Source of the DNA: Candidatus Saccharimonadales bacterium
Lineage (GTDB): Bacteria > Patescibacteriota > Saccharimonadia > Saccharimonadales > JACQNP01
DNA length: 64,000 nucleotides
Direction: 5' to 3'
Assembly (NCBI GenBank): GCA_038257245.1
Contig: JBBSJL010000002.1
Coordinates: 5,588 to 69,587, forward strand
The position numbers and the translations under genes are program-made. Below the pieces are notes generated by a model. That model was not told the DNA's origin. It did not search any database and worked only from the letters and a program-made list of their open reading frames with translations. Numbering within the stretch: the first letter of the stretch is position 1; every line of letters starts with the position of its first letter. Shown in pieces: positions 1 through 10,029 of this stretch.

Positions 1-1251
1 GCCGGCAACAATAACTGATCGTCCAGAATAATCAACACGCTTCCCAAGCAAGTTCTGTCTGAAACGACCTTGTTTACCTTTTAACATGTCACTAAGGCTT
101 TTTAGCCGTCTTCGTTGCCCGGTTGCAGCAACAGCACGACCTGAACGGGCACTATTATTATCAATAAGTGCATCGACGGCTTCCTGGAGCATTCGTTGTT
201 CATTGCGCCTGATCACCTCTGGGGCATTTAGTTCGATCAGTTTCTTAAGTCGGTTATTACGATTGATGACACGTCTATATAGGTCATTTAGGTCACTAGT
301 TGCAAATCGTCCACCAGTTAACTGAACCATCGGCCTTAAGTCTGGAGGAATTACTGGCAATACTGATAGACACATGCTGTTCGGTTTAATCCCTGCTCGT
401 TGCATGCTTTCGAGTAATCTTAGTCTCTTGGTAATCTTCTTTTTTCGTTGACCTTTCACTTCTTCTGACTCTTTAGCTAGATCGCTAATGAGCTGTTCTA
501 GGTCGATAGTATCTAGTAAGTCCTTGATTGAAGATCCGCCCATGCCGACTTCAACTAAACTTCTTAGTTCATCGGGTAAGTTTCGATAGTCTGCCTCAGA
601 GATAAGATTTAGTCTAGCAAGCATTGCAACTTGCGCACTAAATTCTTCGAACTCTTCTGTGATTTCTTCGATTTCTTTGGTTTGCATTTCTGCCAAAGTT
701 TTGACATTTGCATCTTCTTTGTTGGCTTCTCCTTCGTATCGTGATTTTATCGCTTCTTGTGCAGCATTATATTCTGCCTCTTTGTCAGCCAACGTCTTAT
801 CACGTTTATCGGAATCTACCGATTTAATTATATAACTTGCGAAGTACGCAACCCTTTCAAGGTTCTTAACTGTTAAGCCTAGTAGGAGCCCTACTGCTGA
901 GGGTGCACCCCGAAGAAACCAAATATGTGCCACTGGTGATGCGAGGGTAATATGACCCATACGCTCACGACGCACAATTGATTTTGTGACAAGTTCGCCT
1001 TTTTTATCAACTGCTGCTTCGCGTGAACGAACACCTTTGTATTTAGCATCATGGGGGTTAATGTCTTTTACGGGACCAAATATTCTTTCGCAAAATAGCC
1101 CGTCTCTCTCTGGTTTTTGAGTTCGATAGTTGATAGTTTCTGGTTTTGTTACTTCACCATGACTCCAATCAAGAATATCATCGCTGCTGGCAACCGCTAA
1201 CCTCACAGCTTCAAAATCTGCAATATCTGTTCCTTGTGAATACCGTCTCAT
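1..1251 (-). CDS. rpoC: DNA-directed RNA polymerase subunit beta-prime, N-terminal 417 codons (continues beyond window start)
   Basis: Absent from the ORF track because it has no in-window stop. My minus-strand translation from ATG 1251..1249 gives [60 protein letters not shown]...HIWFLRG. At the window edge it reads [20 protein letters not shown]. Both are hallmark beta-prime motifs. The ATG overlaps the rpoB TAA (TAATG), matching the canonical rpoB-rpoC order. Confidence 0.93.
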   Translation of the reverse strand, partial: MRRYSQGTDIADFEAVRLAVASSDDILDWSHGEVTKPETINYRTQKPERDGLFCERIFGPVKDINPHDAKYKGVRSREAAVDKKGELVTKSIVRRERMGHITLASPVAHIWFLRGAPSAVGLLLGLTVKNLERVAYFASYIIKSVDSDKRDKTLADKEAEYNAAQEAIKSRYEGEANKEDANVKTLAEMQTKEIEEITEEFEEFSAQVAMLARLNLISEADYRNLPDELRSLVEVGMGGSSIKDLLDTIDLEQLISDLAKESEEVKGQRKKKITKRLRLLESMQRAGIKPNSMCLSVLPVIPPDLRPMVQLTGGRFATSDLNDLYRRVINRNNRLKKLIELNAPEVIRRNEQRMLQEAVDALIDNNSARSGRAVAATGQRRRLKSLSDMLKGKQGRFRQNLLGKRVDYSGRSVIVAG

Positions 1252-4200
1252 TATGCTGTCTCCTTTTCTTCTTCAATTGCAGATGGAACATCTTTGGTAT
1301 CGCCATCATTATCATCTATGACTGTTACATGCGCAGAAGATTCACTCAGGTCCATTACTTCAAACTCGTCCAATGCTGCGTCTTCCGTAACGTCTACGTC
1401 TGAAGCTAACGGTGCTGGTACATCTATATCTGATAAATGTTCAGATTCATCCTTAATGTTTTCAGCCAATACTTCTTCAGCATCAACTAGTTCGTCATGC
1501 GCCACAAGATCAACTTTCAAACCAAGGCCTTGTAGTTCTTTGACGAGAACGTTAAAGCTTTCAGGTACTTTTGGACCAACAATCTCTGTTTGTTTAATTA
1601 TTGATTCGTAGGCTTTTGATCGTCCGTAAACATCGTCAGACTTAATAGTTAACATTTCCTGAAGCGTATTCGCTGCACCATATGCTTCTAGTGCCCATAC
1701 TTCCATTTCGCCAAATCGTTGGCCACCATTTTGGGCTTTACCACCTAGAGGTTGTTGAGTAACCATAGTGTATGGTCCTGTCGACCTAGCATGTATCTTG
1801 TCAGCAATCATGTGATTTAGCTTAATCATATACATACTACCTACGGTTGTTAACTCATCAAACGCCTCACCTGTACGGCCATCAAATAGCTGCTGTTTAC
1901 CATCAGCTGGTAGCCCTGCTTCCTTTAGAAGTTCTTGGATTTTTTCTGATTGGACACCGTTGAATGACGGACTAGCCACTTTCATGCCCAACGCCTTTGC
2001 AGCCATACCAAGGTGTGTTTCAAACAACTGACCAATATTCATACGGCTAGGTACACCTAGAGGGTTTAGTACTATATCGACTGGCTCACCAGTCGCTGTA
2101 AACGGCATATCTTCAACTGGCAATACTCGAGCGATTACACCTTTGTTACCATGTCGTCCACCAAGTTTATCGCCAACTGATATCTTTCGCATCTGGGCTA
2201 CAAAAACTTGAATTTGCATGATTACACCAGCTTTTAGGTCGTGACCATTTTCTTTTGAGAAAATTTTAACACCAACGACTTTACCGTGTTTACCGTTTGG
2301 CATTCTCTGTGAAGTGTCACGTACTTCTTTAGCTTTTTCGCCAAAGATTGCACGCAATAGCCTCTCTTCACTACTTAGCTCTTGTTCGCCCTTAGGAGTA
2401 ATCTTACCGACTAATATATCGCCAGGATGAACTTCTGCACCAATTCGAACAACTCCTTCGTCATCTAAATGTCTTAGAGCATCTTCAGCAACGTTAGGTA
2501 TATCACGCGTAACAATCTCCGGGCCCAATTTTGTTTCTCTAACTTCGACCATGAAGTCAACAATATGTATAGATGTTAAGGTATCGTCCTCTACTAATTT
2601 TCGCGATACAATTATGGCATCTTCAAAGTTATATCCTGCCCATGGCATAAATGCCACGCTAAGATCACGTCCAAGTGCCAATTCACCGTCAGCGACTGAC
2701 ATTCCTTCGATAATCGGATCTCCAGCCTTAAGTTTGTCACCCGTGCTAACTATGACTTTTTGATTTATAGAACTTCCTTCGTTGCTACGAATAAAGTGTT
2801 GTGGTTTATAGCTCACAAGTCCTGATTTGTACTTAACAACTACTTCATCACCCGTGGCTTTTGTGACTTCACCAGCCTGCTCAGCAACAATAAGCTGACC
2901 ACTATTTTGAGCGACAACTTCTTCTAAACCCGTACCAACAATTGGCGACTGTGGGTTAATTAGCGGTACAGCTTGACGTTGTTGGTTGCTACCCATAAGT
3001 GAACGGTACACGTAGTTCTTTTCAATAAATGGGATTAAACCAGCGCTTGATCCAATAATTTGCTTCTTCGAGGCATCGACATGAGTTACATCGTCAGCGT
3101 CAACTTCTCCAGCTTTCAAGTGACTTCGGGCTGATACACGTTCTTGGATAAAGTTACCGTTTTTGTCATAGGGCTCACTAGCACTAGCAATCACTGCTGA
3201 TTCTTCAGCTGCTGCATCTAGGTATATGACATCGTCAGTTACCACAGCCTTTACTGGCCAAGTTACTTGGGACTTAATTGTGGCAAGTTTTTTTGCGGAC
3301 ACTGCAGAGATTTTATCTCCTGATTTAACAATAACTTTCCCTTTTTCGTCTTCAAGATTTACAGAAGCAATATGACCAATAGCATCTTTAGCGGTTACTG
3401 CATTAATAACCTTTTTGTATGGAGTTTCAATAAACCCGTAATCGTTGATCCTTGCATAGCTAGAAAGATTTAGTACCAAACCGATGTTGGCGCCTTCGGG
3501 TGTTTCAACAGCACAAATTCTTCCATAGTGTGTTGCGTGCGCATCTCTAACTTCAAATCCCGCGCGTTCACGGCTAAGACCACCTGGGCCCATTGAGCTT
3601 AGACGTCTTTTGTGTGCTAGCTCACTTAAAGGATTAATCTGATCCATGAATTGCGAAAGCTGTGAACTAGCAAAGAATTCTCGAACAGCGGCAACAATTG
3701 GTCGTGCGTTAATAAGTTGAGCTGGTGTTACTGTTTCAATTTCACACATACTCATTCTGTCTTTGGTATTTCGTTCCATTCGGAGTAATCCGATTCGGAA
3801 TTGACGCTGCACAAGTTCGCCAACCAACTTAACTCGCCGGTTAGCCAACGAATCAATGTCATCAGCAGGTTCCTGGGTATTATTTAATCGGATAATTTCA
3901 GCAATTATTGCGATTAGATCTTCAAGTCGCATTACGCGGTTTTCGATGGTATTCGGAAGATCGATATCAAGTCGTTTATTCAACTTGTAGCGTCCAACAC
4001 GACTAAAATCAAAGCGTTTGTAGTTATAGAACATATTCTCGATAAGACTTCGAGCGTTTTCGACTGTTGCAAGATCACCAGGTCGTAGACGTCGATAGAC
4101 CTCTATCAATGCTTCATTTGTACCTTTGCTAGGGTCTTTATCTAAAGTTGCTTGAATATAATTAAATGATCCTTGGTCTACGTGTTTGAAGTGGTCCCTC

Positions 4201-4844
4201 ATTTGAGCCTCGCTGACACCAAGTGCTCTTAAGAGTGTTGTTACAGCTATTTTTCGTTTGCGGTCAATCTTTACGAATAACGCGCCGTTAGCAGCTGTTT
4301 CAAACTCTAACCACGCACCGCGTCCAGGAATAACTTTAGCTCCATAAATGCTCTTTGTACCCTGAAGGTCAGATGTAAAGAAAACACCAGCAGATCGTAT
4401 CAGCTGAGACACAACCACACGCTCAGCGCCGTTAATTACAAACGTCCCACGGTTAGTCATCCAGGGATAGTCACCAAGGTAAATTTCTTGGTCTTTAACT
4501 TCGCCAGTTACTTTATTTGTTAGCTCAACAACCGCCTTTAATGGCGCGTCGTAGCTTACATTGTTTTCTCGAGCTTCGTCTTCTGTTATTTTTGGTGCTT
4601 CAAAGTGATAGTCTTTGAATTTTAATGATAATTTTGTTGATGTGTAGTCATCTATCGGACTAATTTCAGCCAATAATTCCCCAAGACCTTCTTCGACAAA
4701 CCATTGAAATGACCTGTTTTGATGATCCACCAAATTTGGCATGTCAATAATTTCATCGTTGTCGGTGAAAAATTGCCTTTTTGATTGTTTTTTTAAAGTA
4801 CTTGCATTTGGACTGCTTTTTGCCATATAAAGCTTAACTCCCAC
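1251..4844 (-). CDS. rpoB: DNA-directed RNA polymerase subunit beta
   Basis: 1197-aa ORF with beta-subunit motifs ([46 protein letters not shown]). The track start is GTG 4844. ATG 4826 (MAKSS...) preceded by GGGAG is the more likely start. Acidic C-terminal tail. Confidence 0.97.
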   Translation of the reverse strand: MGVKLYMAKSSPNASTLKKQSKRQFFTDNDEIIDMPNLVDHQNRSFQWFVEEGLGELLAEISPIDDYTSTKLSLKFKDYHFEAPKITEDEARENNVSYDAPLKAVVELTNKVTGEVKDQEIYLGDYPWMTNRGTFVINGAERVVVSQLIRSAGVFFTSDLQGTKSIYGAKVIPGRGAWLEFETAANGALFVKIDRKRKIAVTTLLRALGVSEAQMRDHFKHVDQGSFNYIQATLDKDPSKGTNEALIEVYRRLRPGDLATVENARSLIENMFYNYKRFDFSRVGRYKLNKRLDIDLPNTIENRVMRLEDLIAIIAEIIRLNNTQEPADDIDSLANRRVKLVGELVQRQFRIGLLRMERNTKDRMSMCEIETVTPAQLINARPIVAAVREFFASSQLSQFMDQINPLSELAHKRRLSSMGPGGLSRERAGFEVRDAHATHYGRICAVETPEGANIGLVLNLSSYARINDYGFIETPYKKVINAVTAKDAIGHIASVNLEDEKGKVIVKSGDKISAVSAKKLATIKSQVTWPVKAVVTDDVIYLDAAAEESAVIASASEPYDKNGNFIQERVSARSHLKAGEVDADDVTHVDASKKQIIGSSAGLIPFIEKNYVYRSLMGSNQQRQAVPLINPQSPIVGTGLEEVVAQNSGQLIVAEQAGEVTKATGDEVVVKYKSGLVSYKPQHFIRSNEGSSINQKVIVSTGDKLKAGDPIIEGMSVADGELALGRDLSVAFMPWAGYNFEDAIIVSRKLVEDDTLTSIHIVDFMVEVRETKLGPEIVTRDIPNVAEDALRHLDDEGVVRIGAEVHPGDILVGKITPKGEQELSSEERLLRAIFGEKAKEVRDTSQRMPNGKHGKVVGVKIFSKENGHDLKAGVIMQIQVFVAQMRKISVGDKLGGRHGNKGVIARVLPVEDMPFTATGEPVDIVLNPLGVPSRMNIGQLFETHLGMAAKALGMKVASPSFNGVQSEKIQELLKEAGLPADGKQQLFDGRTGEAFDELTTVGSMYMIKLNHMIADKIHARSTGPYTMVTQQPLGGKAQNGGQRFGEMEVWALEAYGAANTLQEMLTIKSDDVYGRSKAYESIIKQTEIVGPKVPESFNVLVKELQGLGLKVDLVAHDELVDAEEVLAENIKDESEHLSDIDVPAPLASDVDVTEDAALDEFEVMDLSESSAHVTVIDDNDGDTKDVPSAIEEEKETA

Positions 4845-4958
4845 TATAATATTAGCGTTGATGTAATGTTGTTTTATTTCGAACGAAGATCACTACACGA
4901 GATTTTTGGTGCTAGATTTGCGCAATAGCTAGCACTACCCGAACGTACACTACTTCTT

Positions 4959-4987
4959 ATTTTAAGAGTGTGCGGGATTGAATTCAA
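4959..4987 (-). promoter_or_regulatory. Candidate sigma70-type promoter for rpoBC (TTGAAT-17-TAAAAT)
   Basis: Minus strand reads TTGAAT (4987..4982), a 17-nt spacer, then TAAAAT (4964..4959). This would give a leader of roughly 110-130 nt before rpoB. Hexamer match only. Confidence 0.3.
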
Positions 4988-5000
4988 TATGTCAAGTCTT

Positions 5001-5600
5001 TTAGGAATTGACTATAACTTTGTCCACAATGCCGTATTTCTTGGCTTCGTCTGCTGTCATCCAATAGTCACGTTCCATGTCTTCTTGAATTTTCTTAACA
5101 GTTTGACCGGTGTTTTTAGCCATAATCTCATTTAACTGTCGTTTGATTCTAAGTGACTCTTTCAAGTCAATCTCCATATCGGTAACTTTTCCTCTAGTAC
5201 CTGAAGACGGCTGGTGCACCATAACTGTAGAGTTCGGCAGTATAAATCTCTTTCCTTTTTTACCACTACTTAGCAGAAATGCTGCTGCAGAAGCCTGTAC
5301 ACCTATTCCAACTGTTTGAATATCGCTCTTAACAAATTGAATCGTGTCGTAAATAGCAAGCGCATCATAAACTGACCCACCAGGGCTATTTATATATAAA
5401 GAAATGTCTTTTTTGTTATCCTCATTATCCAAGAACAGTAGTTGAGCAACTATCAAATTTGCAGTGTGTTCATTTACATCCGATCCTAAGAATATAATGC
5501 GGTCTTTGAGCAGCCTGGAGTAGATATCAAATGCACGTTCAACACGTCCGTCGGTTTCTATTACTGTTGGTATCAATACAGAGTTAATTGGTTTGTTCAT
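5001..5600 (-). CDS. clpP: ATP-dependent Clp protease proteolytic subunit
   Basis: 199-aa ORF with typical ClpP blocks ([29 protein letters not shown]). Sits in the canonical tig-clpP position. Confidence 0.95.
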   Translation of the reverse strand: MNKPINSVLIPTVIETDGRVERAFDIYSRLLKDRIIFLGSDVNEHTANLIVAQLLFLDNEDNKKDISLYINSPGGSVYDALAIYDTIQFVKSDIQTVGIGVQASAAAFLLSSGKKGKRFILPNSTVMVHQPSSGTRGKVTDMEIDLKESLRIKRQLNEIMAKNTGQTVKKIQEDMERDYWMTADEAKKYGIVDKVIVNS

Positions 5601-5607
5601 ACAGCCC

Positions 5608-5635
5608 AGTATATCAATTTATTAGCACTCGTCAA
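5608..5635 (-). promoter_or_regulatory. clpP promoter (TTGACG-16-TGaTATACT), 7 nt before the ATG
   Basis: Minus strand reads TTGACG (5635..5630), a 16-nt spacer, then TGa-TATACT (5616..5608), then gggctgt and ATG at 5600. No Shine-Dalgarno is visible. The promoter is embedded in the CIRCE palindrome. Confidence 0.5.
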
Positions 5636-5648
5636 GTAAGAGTGCTAA
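5622..5648. promoter_or_regulatory. CIRCE inverted repeat (HrcA operator), perfect consensus
   Basis: Sequence is TTAGCACTC-gtcaagtaa-GAGTGCTAA. It matches the CIRCE consensus TTAGCACTC-N9-GAGTGCTAA at all 18 arm positions. Confidence 0.8.
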
Positions 5649-5662
5649 TAATATCTTTCTCG

Positions 5663-6946
5663 CTATTTCGCTGAGAAGCTAACTAATAGAGCCAAGGTTT
5701 TTTCGGTTACCAACCTCGAGGCAATATCATTTTTGCTTTCTGGCTTATCTAGCTCGGCCTGCATGGCCACATCTTTGTATTGTGTCTTGAGTTGCACAAT
5801 TCTATTATCGACCTCTTCCATAGTCAGATCGATTTTTTCAATTTCAGAAATTTCAGAGAGCACTAAACTTGCTTTAACGCGCTCCTCGGCCTGAGTGGCA
5901 ATATCGCCTCTTAGGAATTCTTCTTCAGTTAAGCTTTCACCTTCCAGGTATTCTGGGAATGTCTGGCCACGATACGTTAAGTTCTTCTTAAATTCGTCCA
6001 CCATTCGCTTTATTTGGTCTTCTATGAGAATTTTTGGAATAGCTACTTTAGATTTTTGCGTAATTTTTCTTACGAGTTCTGATTCGTAGTCACGTTGAGT
6101 TTGTTGATCACGCTCAATCTTCAGCTGACGTTTAATATCATCCTTCAGCTGTTTGAGAGATTCGAACGGTCCGGCCTTTTTGGCAAAGTCATCATCAAGT
6201 TTTGGTTCGGTTACTTCTTGAATTTTCGTTACGTTAACTGAGAAAGTTACTTTTTTGTTGGCGAGAGTTTTAACGCCATACTCTTTCGGAAAAGTTAGTG
6301 TAAATGTTGTTTCGTCTCCCGACTTAAGCCCAATGAGATTCTTTTCGAACCCTGGGATAAACGTGTCGCTACCCAAAACTAACGGGTAATCCTTGCCGTC
6401 GGCACCTTTAATCGGCTCATTGTTGTCATTGACGCCTTTAAAATCAATCCAAACTTGATCACCATCTTTGGCTGCTCGTTTAACATCAGACTTTTCTGCC
6501 ATTCGCTTTTGTAAGGAATTAAGTACTTCTTTTACCTCGTCAGTTGAAATCACGACCTCAGATTTGGTTAGTTTGACTTTTTTATAGTCAGGTAGCAATA
6601 TTTTGCCTACAACTGGAACTTTTGCCTCAAATTCCAATGTTTCGAATGGCACAAATTTTGTAATAGAAATCTCGGGGTTATTAACTGGTCGCAACTGTTC
6701 TGAGCGTATAGCTTGAGGATATATTTGATTGATTGCTTCCTCTAGGAACTCTGATTGTAGCGCCGCTTGGTCTATTTGTTTTTCTACTAATGCCTGCGGG
6801 GCTTTGCCTTCACGAAAGCCAGTAACTTTAACATTTTTTGATAGCTTTTTAATTACTGTGTCTTTGATTAGCTCTAATTCCTTAGTGTCGGAGACAACCG
6901 TAATTACAGCATCTGTTTCTTGTGAGATAGTGTGTTTAACTTGCAT
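5663..6946 (-). CDS. tig: Trigger factor
   Basis: ORF 5663..6976. It shows trigger-factor architecture: N-terminal ribosome-binding motif (GFREGKAP), an FKBP-like middle domain and a helical C-terminus. The track start is TTG 6976. ATG 6946 (MQVKHT...) fits the usual N-terminus. Confidence 0.92.
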   Translation of the reverse strand: MQVKHTISQETDAVITVVSDTKELELIKDTVIKKLSKNVKVTGFREGKAPQALVEKQIDQAALQSEFLEEAINQIYPQAIRSEQLRPVNNPEISITKFVPFETLEFEAKVPVVGKILLPDYKKVKLTKSEVVISTDEVKEVLNSLQKRMAEKSDVKRAAKDGDQVWIDFKGVNDNNEPIKGADGKDYPLVLGSDTFIPGFEKNLIGLKSGDETTFTLTFPKEYGVKTLANKKVTFSVNVTKIQEVTEPKLDDDFAKKAGPFESLKQLKDDIKRQLKIERDQQTQRDYESELVRKITQKSKVAIPKILIEDQIKRMVDEFKKNLTYRGQTFPEYLEGESLTEEEFLRGDIATQAEERVKASLVLSEISEIEKIDLTMEEVDNRIVQLKTQYKDVAMQAELDKPESKNDIASRLVTEKTLALLVSFSAK

Positions 6947-6954
6947 AGATAACC

Positions 6955-6963
6955 ACTCTAACA
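6955..6963 (-). promoter_or_regulatory. Extended -10 (TGtTAGAGT), 8 nt upstream of the tig ATG
   Basis: Minus strand reads TGt-TAGAGT-ggttatct-ATG. This is ambiguous, because GAGTGG could instead serve as a weak SD. Confidence 0.3.
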
Positions 6964-6993
6964 GATAAGGCAACAATTTACTAGGCTACATAA

Positions 6994-7446
6994 TCAGAAC
7001 CGCAATATTTGTGATAAAACGATAAACATAGCTGAGAACCAAACTAGCTCTGATGTAGCATTACGCCAGGATTCATGTTCAGCCCACTGAATTTTTGCAT
7101 GAAAGCGCCGAATTGGCCCCATTGGCTTGTTTTTCTTGCCACTTAATTCCGATATCCATCTTGGTAACCACATAAGATCAGGGCTAGCGCAGGCAATACC
7201 ACTCGCTATAATCAGCAACCAATTGGCTGGCTGTAGGGCGGCAACAACTATTAGTAGCGCCATGGCTGCACCCATGTCAGAACTTAGAACATAAAGAAAC
7301 TTGGTGTCAGTGTGTTTTCCTAAGCCATAGTGGGGCAAAGCATCTAAGACAAAATGCGCCATGAGGGCTAGTGGTATTGCGACAATTGGGTTTACCACAG
7401 CAGCCCCCACAACCATGCCAGTAATGACGTGGTTAGTTGCTGTCAT
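6994..7446 (-). CDS. Small polytopic membrane protein, YdjM/DUF457-like putative metal-dependent hydrolase
   Basis: 150 aa with several hydrophobic helices and conserved-looking His/Asp positions (NHVITG, HFVLDALPHYG). Its start directly abuts the hisS stop (7446/7447). The family assignment is tentative. Confidence 0.45.
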   Translation of the reverse strand: MTATNHVITGMVVGAAVVNPIVAIPLALMAHFVLDALPHYGLGKHTDTKFLYVLSSDMGAAMALLIVVAALQPANWLLIIASGIACASPDLMWLPRWISELSGKKNKPMGPIRRFHAKIQWAEHESWRNATSELVWFSAMFIVLSQILRF

Positions 7447-8724
7447 TTATTTACTTAGGGCCTTGATTATTTGCTGAACACTCAATACCTGTGAGGTGCC
7501 TGTCGTTAAATCTTTTAGTCCGTATTTCTTTTGCTCGAGTTCTGAATCACCAATAAAGATCACATATTTTAAGCCTTGTTTATCTGCGTTTTTTATCTGT
7601 TTATCTATCTTTCTGCCAGTTGAATCGACTGAAACATTAACGCCAGAGTCACGTAGTTCTGAAACCACTTCTTGTGCTCTTATGTAATTATCACCAATCA
7701 CACAAACAGCCACATCTGTTTCTGGCGCTATATCTGGCAATAATTTGTTAGTTTCAAGAAAATTTTGTAAAGTAACATCCCCCATGCCGAAGCCAACTGT
7801 TGGGATTGGTTCAACACCGAATAGGCCAACCAAACCGTCGAAGCGTCCGCCTCCAAACATTGACCTGTTATTAGTAGGGCTTGTATCAAAGACCTCGAAA
7901 ACTATATCTGTGTAGTAATCGAAACCCCGCATAAGCGATATGTCAAACACTGCATTATCAATTCCAATTTTTTGCAGTGAATCTAATACATTAACTAGCT
8001 CTTTGACCGAGCTAAGCTCTTTTAGTTCTTCCGGTAACTCGGTAATGTCACTTATTTGCAACAGCTTCGTGATCTGCGGAGCATTAGTGCCAACTAAATC
8101 TTTTAGTTGTTGCTTAAATTTGTCTGCAGGCAATTTATTCATTCGATCAATTAGCTTAACCAGGTCGCGTACGACTCGTTTATCAAGCTTAAAGTAACCA
8201 GAGAGCACGCTGTCGACTAATTTTCGACTGTTTAGCCTGATCTGATACGTGTCGGTCACAGCACCATACTCTTTCAGTATGCTGTCAGCAATTTGGATCA
8301 TTTCAAGCTCTGCCGAGACATTATCAATACCAAATACATCGACATTGAGTTGCCAGTGTTCACGCAACCGACCACGTTGTGGCCGCTCATATCTCCATAA
8401 GTTTGGTATAGAGTACCAGCGGGCTGGGTAGGCCAGCTCTTGGCGCTTGCCAGCCACCATTCTGGATACGGTTGGCGTCATTTCGGGCCTAATAACAACT
8501 TGACGACCACCCCTGTCTTCGAACTGATAGGTCTGTTCGTTTACGATCTCTTCGCCTGATTTAGCCGTATAAAGATCTAGCGGCTCAAGGATTGGGGCAT
8601 CGTACTCTTGGTAACCGTATTTTTCTACTACGCGCCGAAGAACAGCAAACATATATTTCTGAATTCGTTTATCCTCAGGATAAAAATCCCGAGCCCCTTT
8701 GTATGGTTGTGTTGAAAGACTCAT
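7447..8724 (-). CDS. hisS: Histidine--tRNA ligase (full length, with anticodon-binding domain)
   Basis: Class II HisRS motifs are present: motif 2 WRYERPQRGRLREHWQ and motif 3 GGGRFDGL. A C-terminal anticodon-binding-type domain is present (VAVCVIGD...KYVIFIGDSE). GAGG SD lies upstream. Confidence 0.92.
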   Translation of the reverse strand: MSLSTQPYKGARDFYPEDKRIQKYMFAVLRRVVEKYGYQEYDAPILEPLDLYTAKSGEEIVNEQTYQFEDRGGRQVVIRPEMTPTVSRMVAGKRQELAYPARWYSIPNLWRYERPQRGRLREHWQLNVDVFGIDNVSAELEMIQIADSILKEYGAVTDTYQIRLNSRKLVDSVLSGYFKLDKRVVRDLVKLIDRMNKLPADKFKQQLKDLVGTNAPQITKLLQISDITELPEELKELSSVKELVNVLDSLQKIGIDNAVFDISLMRGFDYYTDIVFEVFDTSPTNNRSMFGGGRFDGLVGLFGVEPIPTVGFGMGDVTLQNFLETNKLLPDIAPETDVAVCVIGDNYIRAQEVVSELRDSGVNVSVDSTGRKIDKQIKNADKQGLKYVIFIGDSELEQKKYGLKDLTTGTSQVLSVQQIIKALSK

Positions 8725-8736
8725 AATTTACCTCAA

Positions 8737-10029
8737 TTATACCTTATTTTTTCTTAATCGAATTCGTACTGCTTCGGCGTGTGCCCGCAAACCTTCAGCC
8801 TCTGCTATTGCTGTAATAGTAGGAGCTAATGATTTCAAACCTTTGTATGACAATGACTGGAATGTAACCTTTTTGACAAAGCTATCCAGCGAAACACCAC
8901 CATAACTGCGCGCCCAACCACCCGTAGGAAGTGTGTGATTAGTACCTGAAGCGTAGTCACCTGCACTTTCTGGTGAGTAGTTGCCTAAAAATACTGACCC
9001 AGCATTTGAAATCTCGCTGACCACTTTTTCTGCATCTTTTATGTTTAAAATAAGGTGTTCGGGTGCATACGTGTTTGCAAATTTTATCGCCTCATCGATT
9101 GATCCAAGTTTAACAATATACGAATTCTCAAGGGCAGCTCGTACAATATCCTTCCTGGGCAAGCCTTGAGACTGTAATTTTAATAGTTTCTTCACGGCCG
9201 CGATTAACACATCCTCTGTTGATACAAGGACTGCCTGACTGTCAGGGCCATGTTCTGCCTGGCTTAATATATCTGCTGCAACAAAAGCTGGATTTGCACT
9301 ATTATCTGCGATGACCATCACCTCAGAAGGACCTGCTGGCATATCAATTGCGACACCGTACTCACCCGCAAACTGCTTGGCCGTAGTTACAAACTGGTTG
9401 CCTGGACCAAAGATTTTATCGACCTTTGGCACTGATTCAGTCCCTAACGATAGGGCAGCGATCGCTTGAATGCCGCCGACGTTAACAACGGTAGTGGCTC
9501 CCACCAACAATGCAGCATAACAGATTGCCGGTGCAAGCTTTTCGCCTACACTAGGAGGGGTACACAATACAATTTCTTTGCAACCTGCAAGCTTAGCAGG
9601 AATGCCTAGCATCAGTACCGTTGAAACTAATGGTGCGCTGCCTCCGGGGACATACAGACCCACTCGTTCTACTGGCCTAGACTCCCTCCAGCAAACTACT
9701 CCAGGCATTGTACTGACAGTTTCTTGCAGTATGTCCGTTTTTTGAGCTAAGTGGAATTTCTTGATATTCTCTGCTGCCAGGTTAATGGCTATTCGTAAAG
9801 CCATCGGGGTTTTGTCGGCCCACTTTTTAAGATCTGCGTCTGCCGACACAATACTACTAAGGTCAACTCCATCAAACTTTTTTGTATAGGTTCGCAAACT
9901 CTCATCTCTACGCTTATAAACATCGGCAAATATTTGTCGACATAGCTCTTTAGTTATTGGAACATCGAACGCTGTGCGTTCACAAATTTTCGGCCACAAG
10001 TCTGGTTTAGGATAACTATATGTTTTCAT
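8737..10029 (-). CDS. hisD: Histidinol dehydrogenase
   Basis: 430 aa with HisD blocks (QAEHGPDSQ, GNYSPESAGDYASGTNHTLPT). A strong SD (AGGAGGGGAG) lies inside the hisG 3' end. Confidence 0.92.
   Translation of the reverse strand: MKTYSYPKPDLWPKICERTAFDVPITKELCRQIFADVYKRRDESLRTYTKKFDGVDLSSIVSADADLKKWADKTPMALRIAINLAAENIKKFHLAQKTDILQETVSTMPGVVCWRESRPVERVGLYVPGGSAPLVSTVLMLGIPAKLAGCKEIVLCTPPSVGEKLAPAICYAALLVGATTVVNVGGIQAIAALSLGTESVPKVDKIFGPGNQFVTTAKQFAGEYGVAIDMPAGPSEVMVIADNSANPAFVAADILSQAEHGPDSQAVLVSTEDVLIAAVKKLLKLQSQGLPRKDIVRAALENSYIVKLGSIDEAIKFANTYAPEHLILNIKDAEKVVSEISNAGSVFLGNYSPESAGDYASGTNHTLPTGGWARSYGGVSLDSFVKKVTFQSLSYKGLKSLAPTITAIAEAEGLRAHAEAVRIRLRKNKV

Noticed and set aside
4908-4936. Hairpin GGTGCTAG-N13-CTAGCACT in the rpoB leader. 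It reuses the CIRCE half-site words but in swapped (outward) order.
   Set aside because: The arm order is reversed relative to CIRCE, so it is unlikely to be an HrcA site. No U-tract follows it, so it is not a terminator. It could be a leader structure or a coincidence arising from the GCTAGC palindrome.
4941-4977. An imperfect hairpin (CCCG.ACACT...AGTGT.CGGG) after clpP, considered as the clpP terminator.
   Set aside because: It has an asymmetric internal loop and no U-tract, and it overlaps the putative rpoB -10 region. The evidence is insufficient.
7447-8724. The HisRS-like gene next to short-form hisG read as HisZ, and T-box leaders upstream of hisS or tyrS.
   Set aside because: The protein retains the catalytic motifs and an anticodon-binding domain, so it is a true HisRS. 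No T-box sequence (AGGGTGGTACCGCG-like) or specifier stem is visible upstream of either synthetase.
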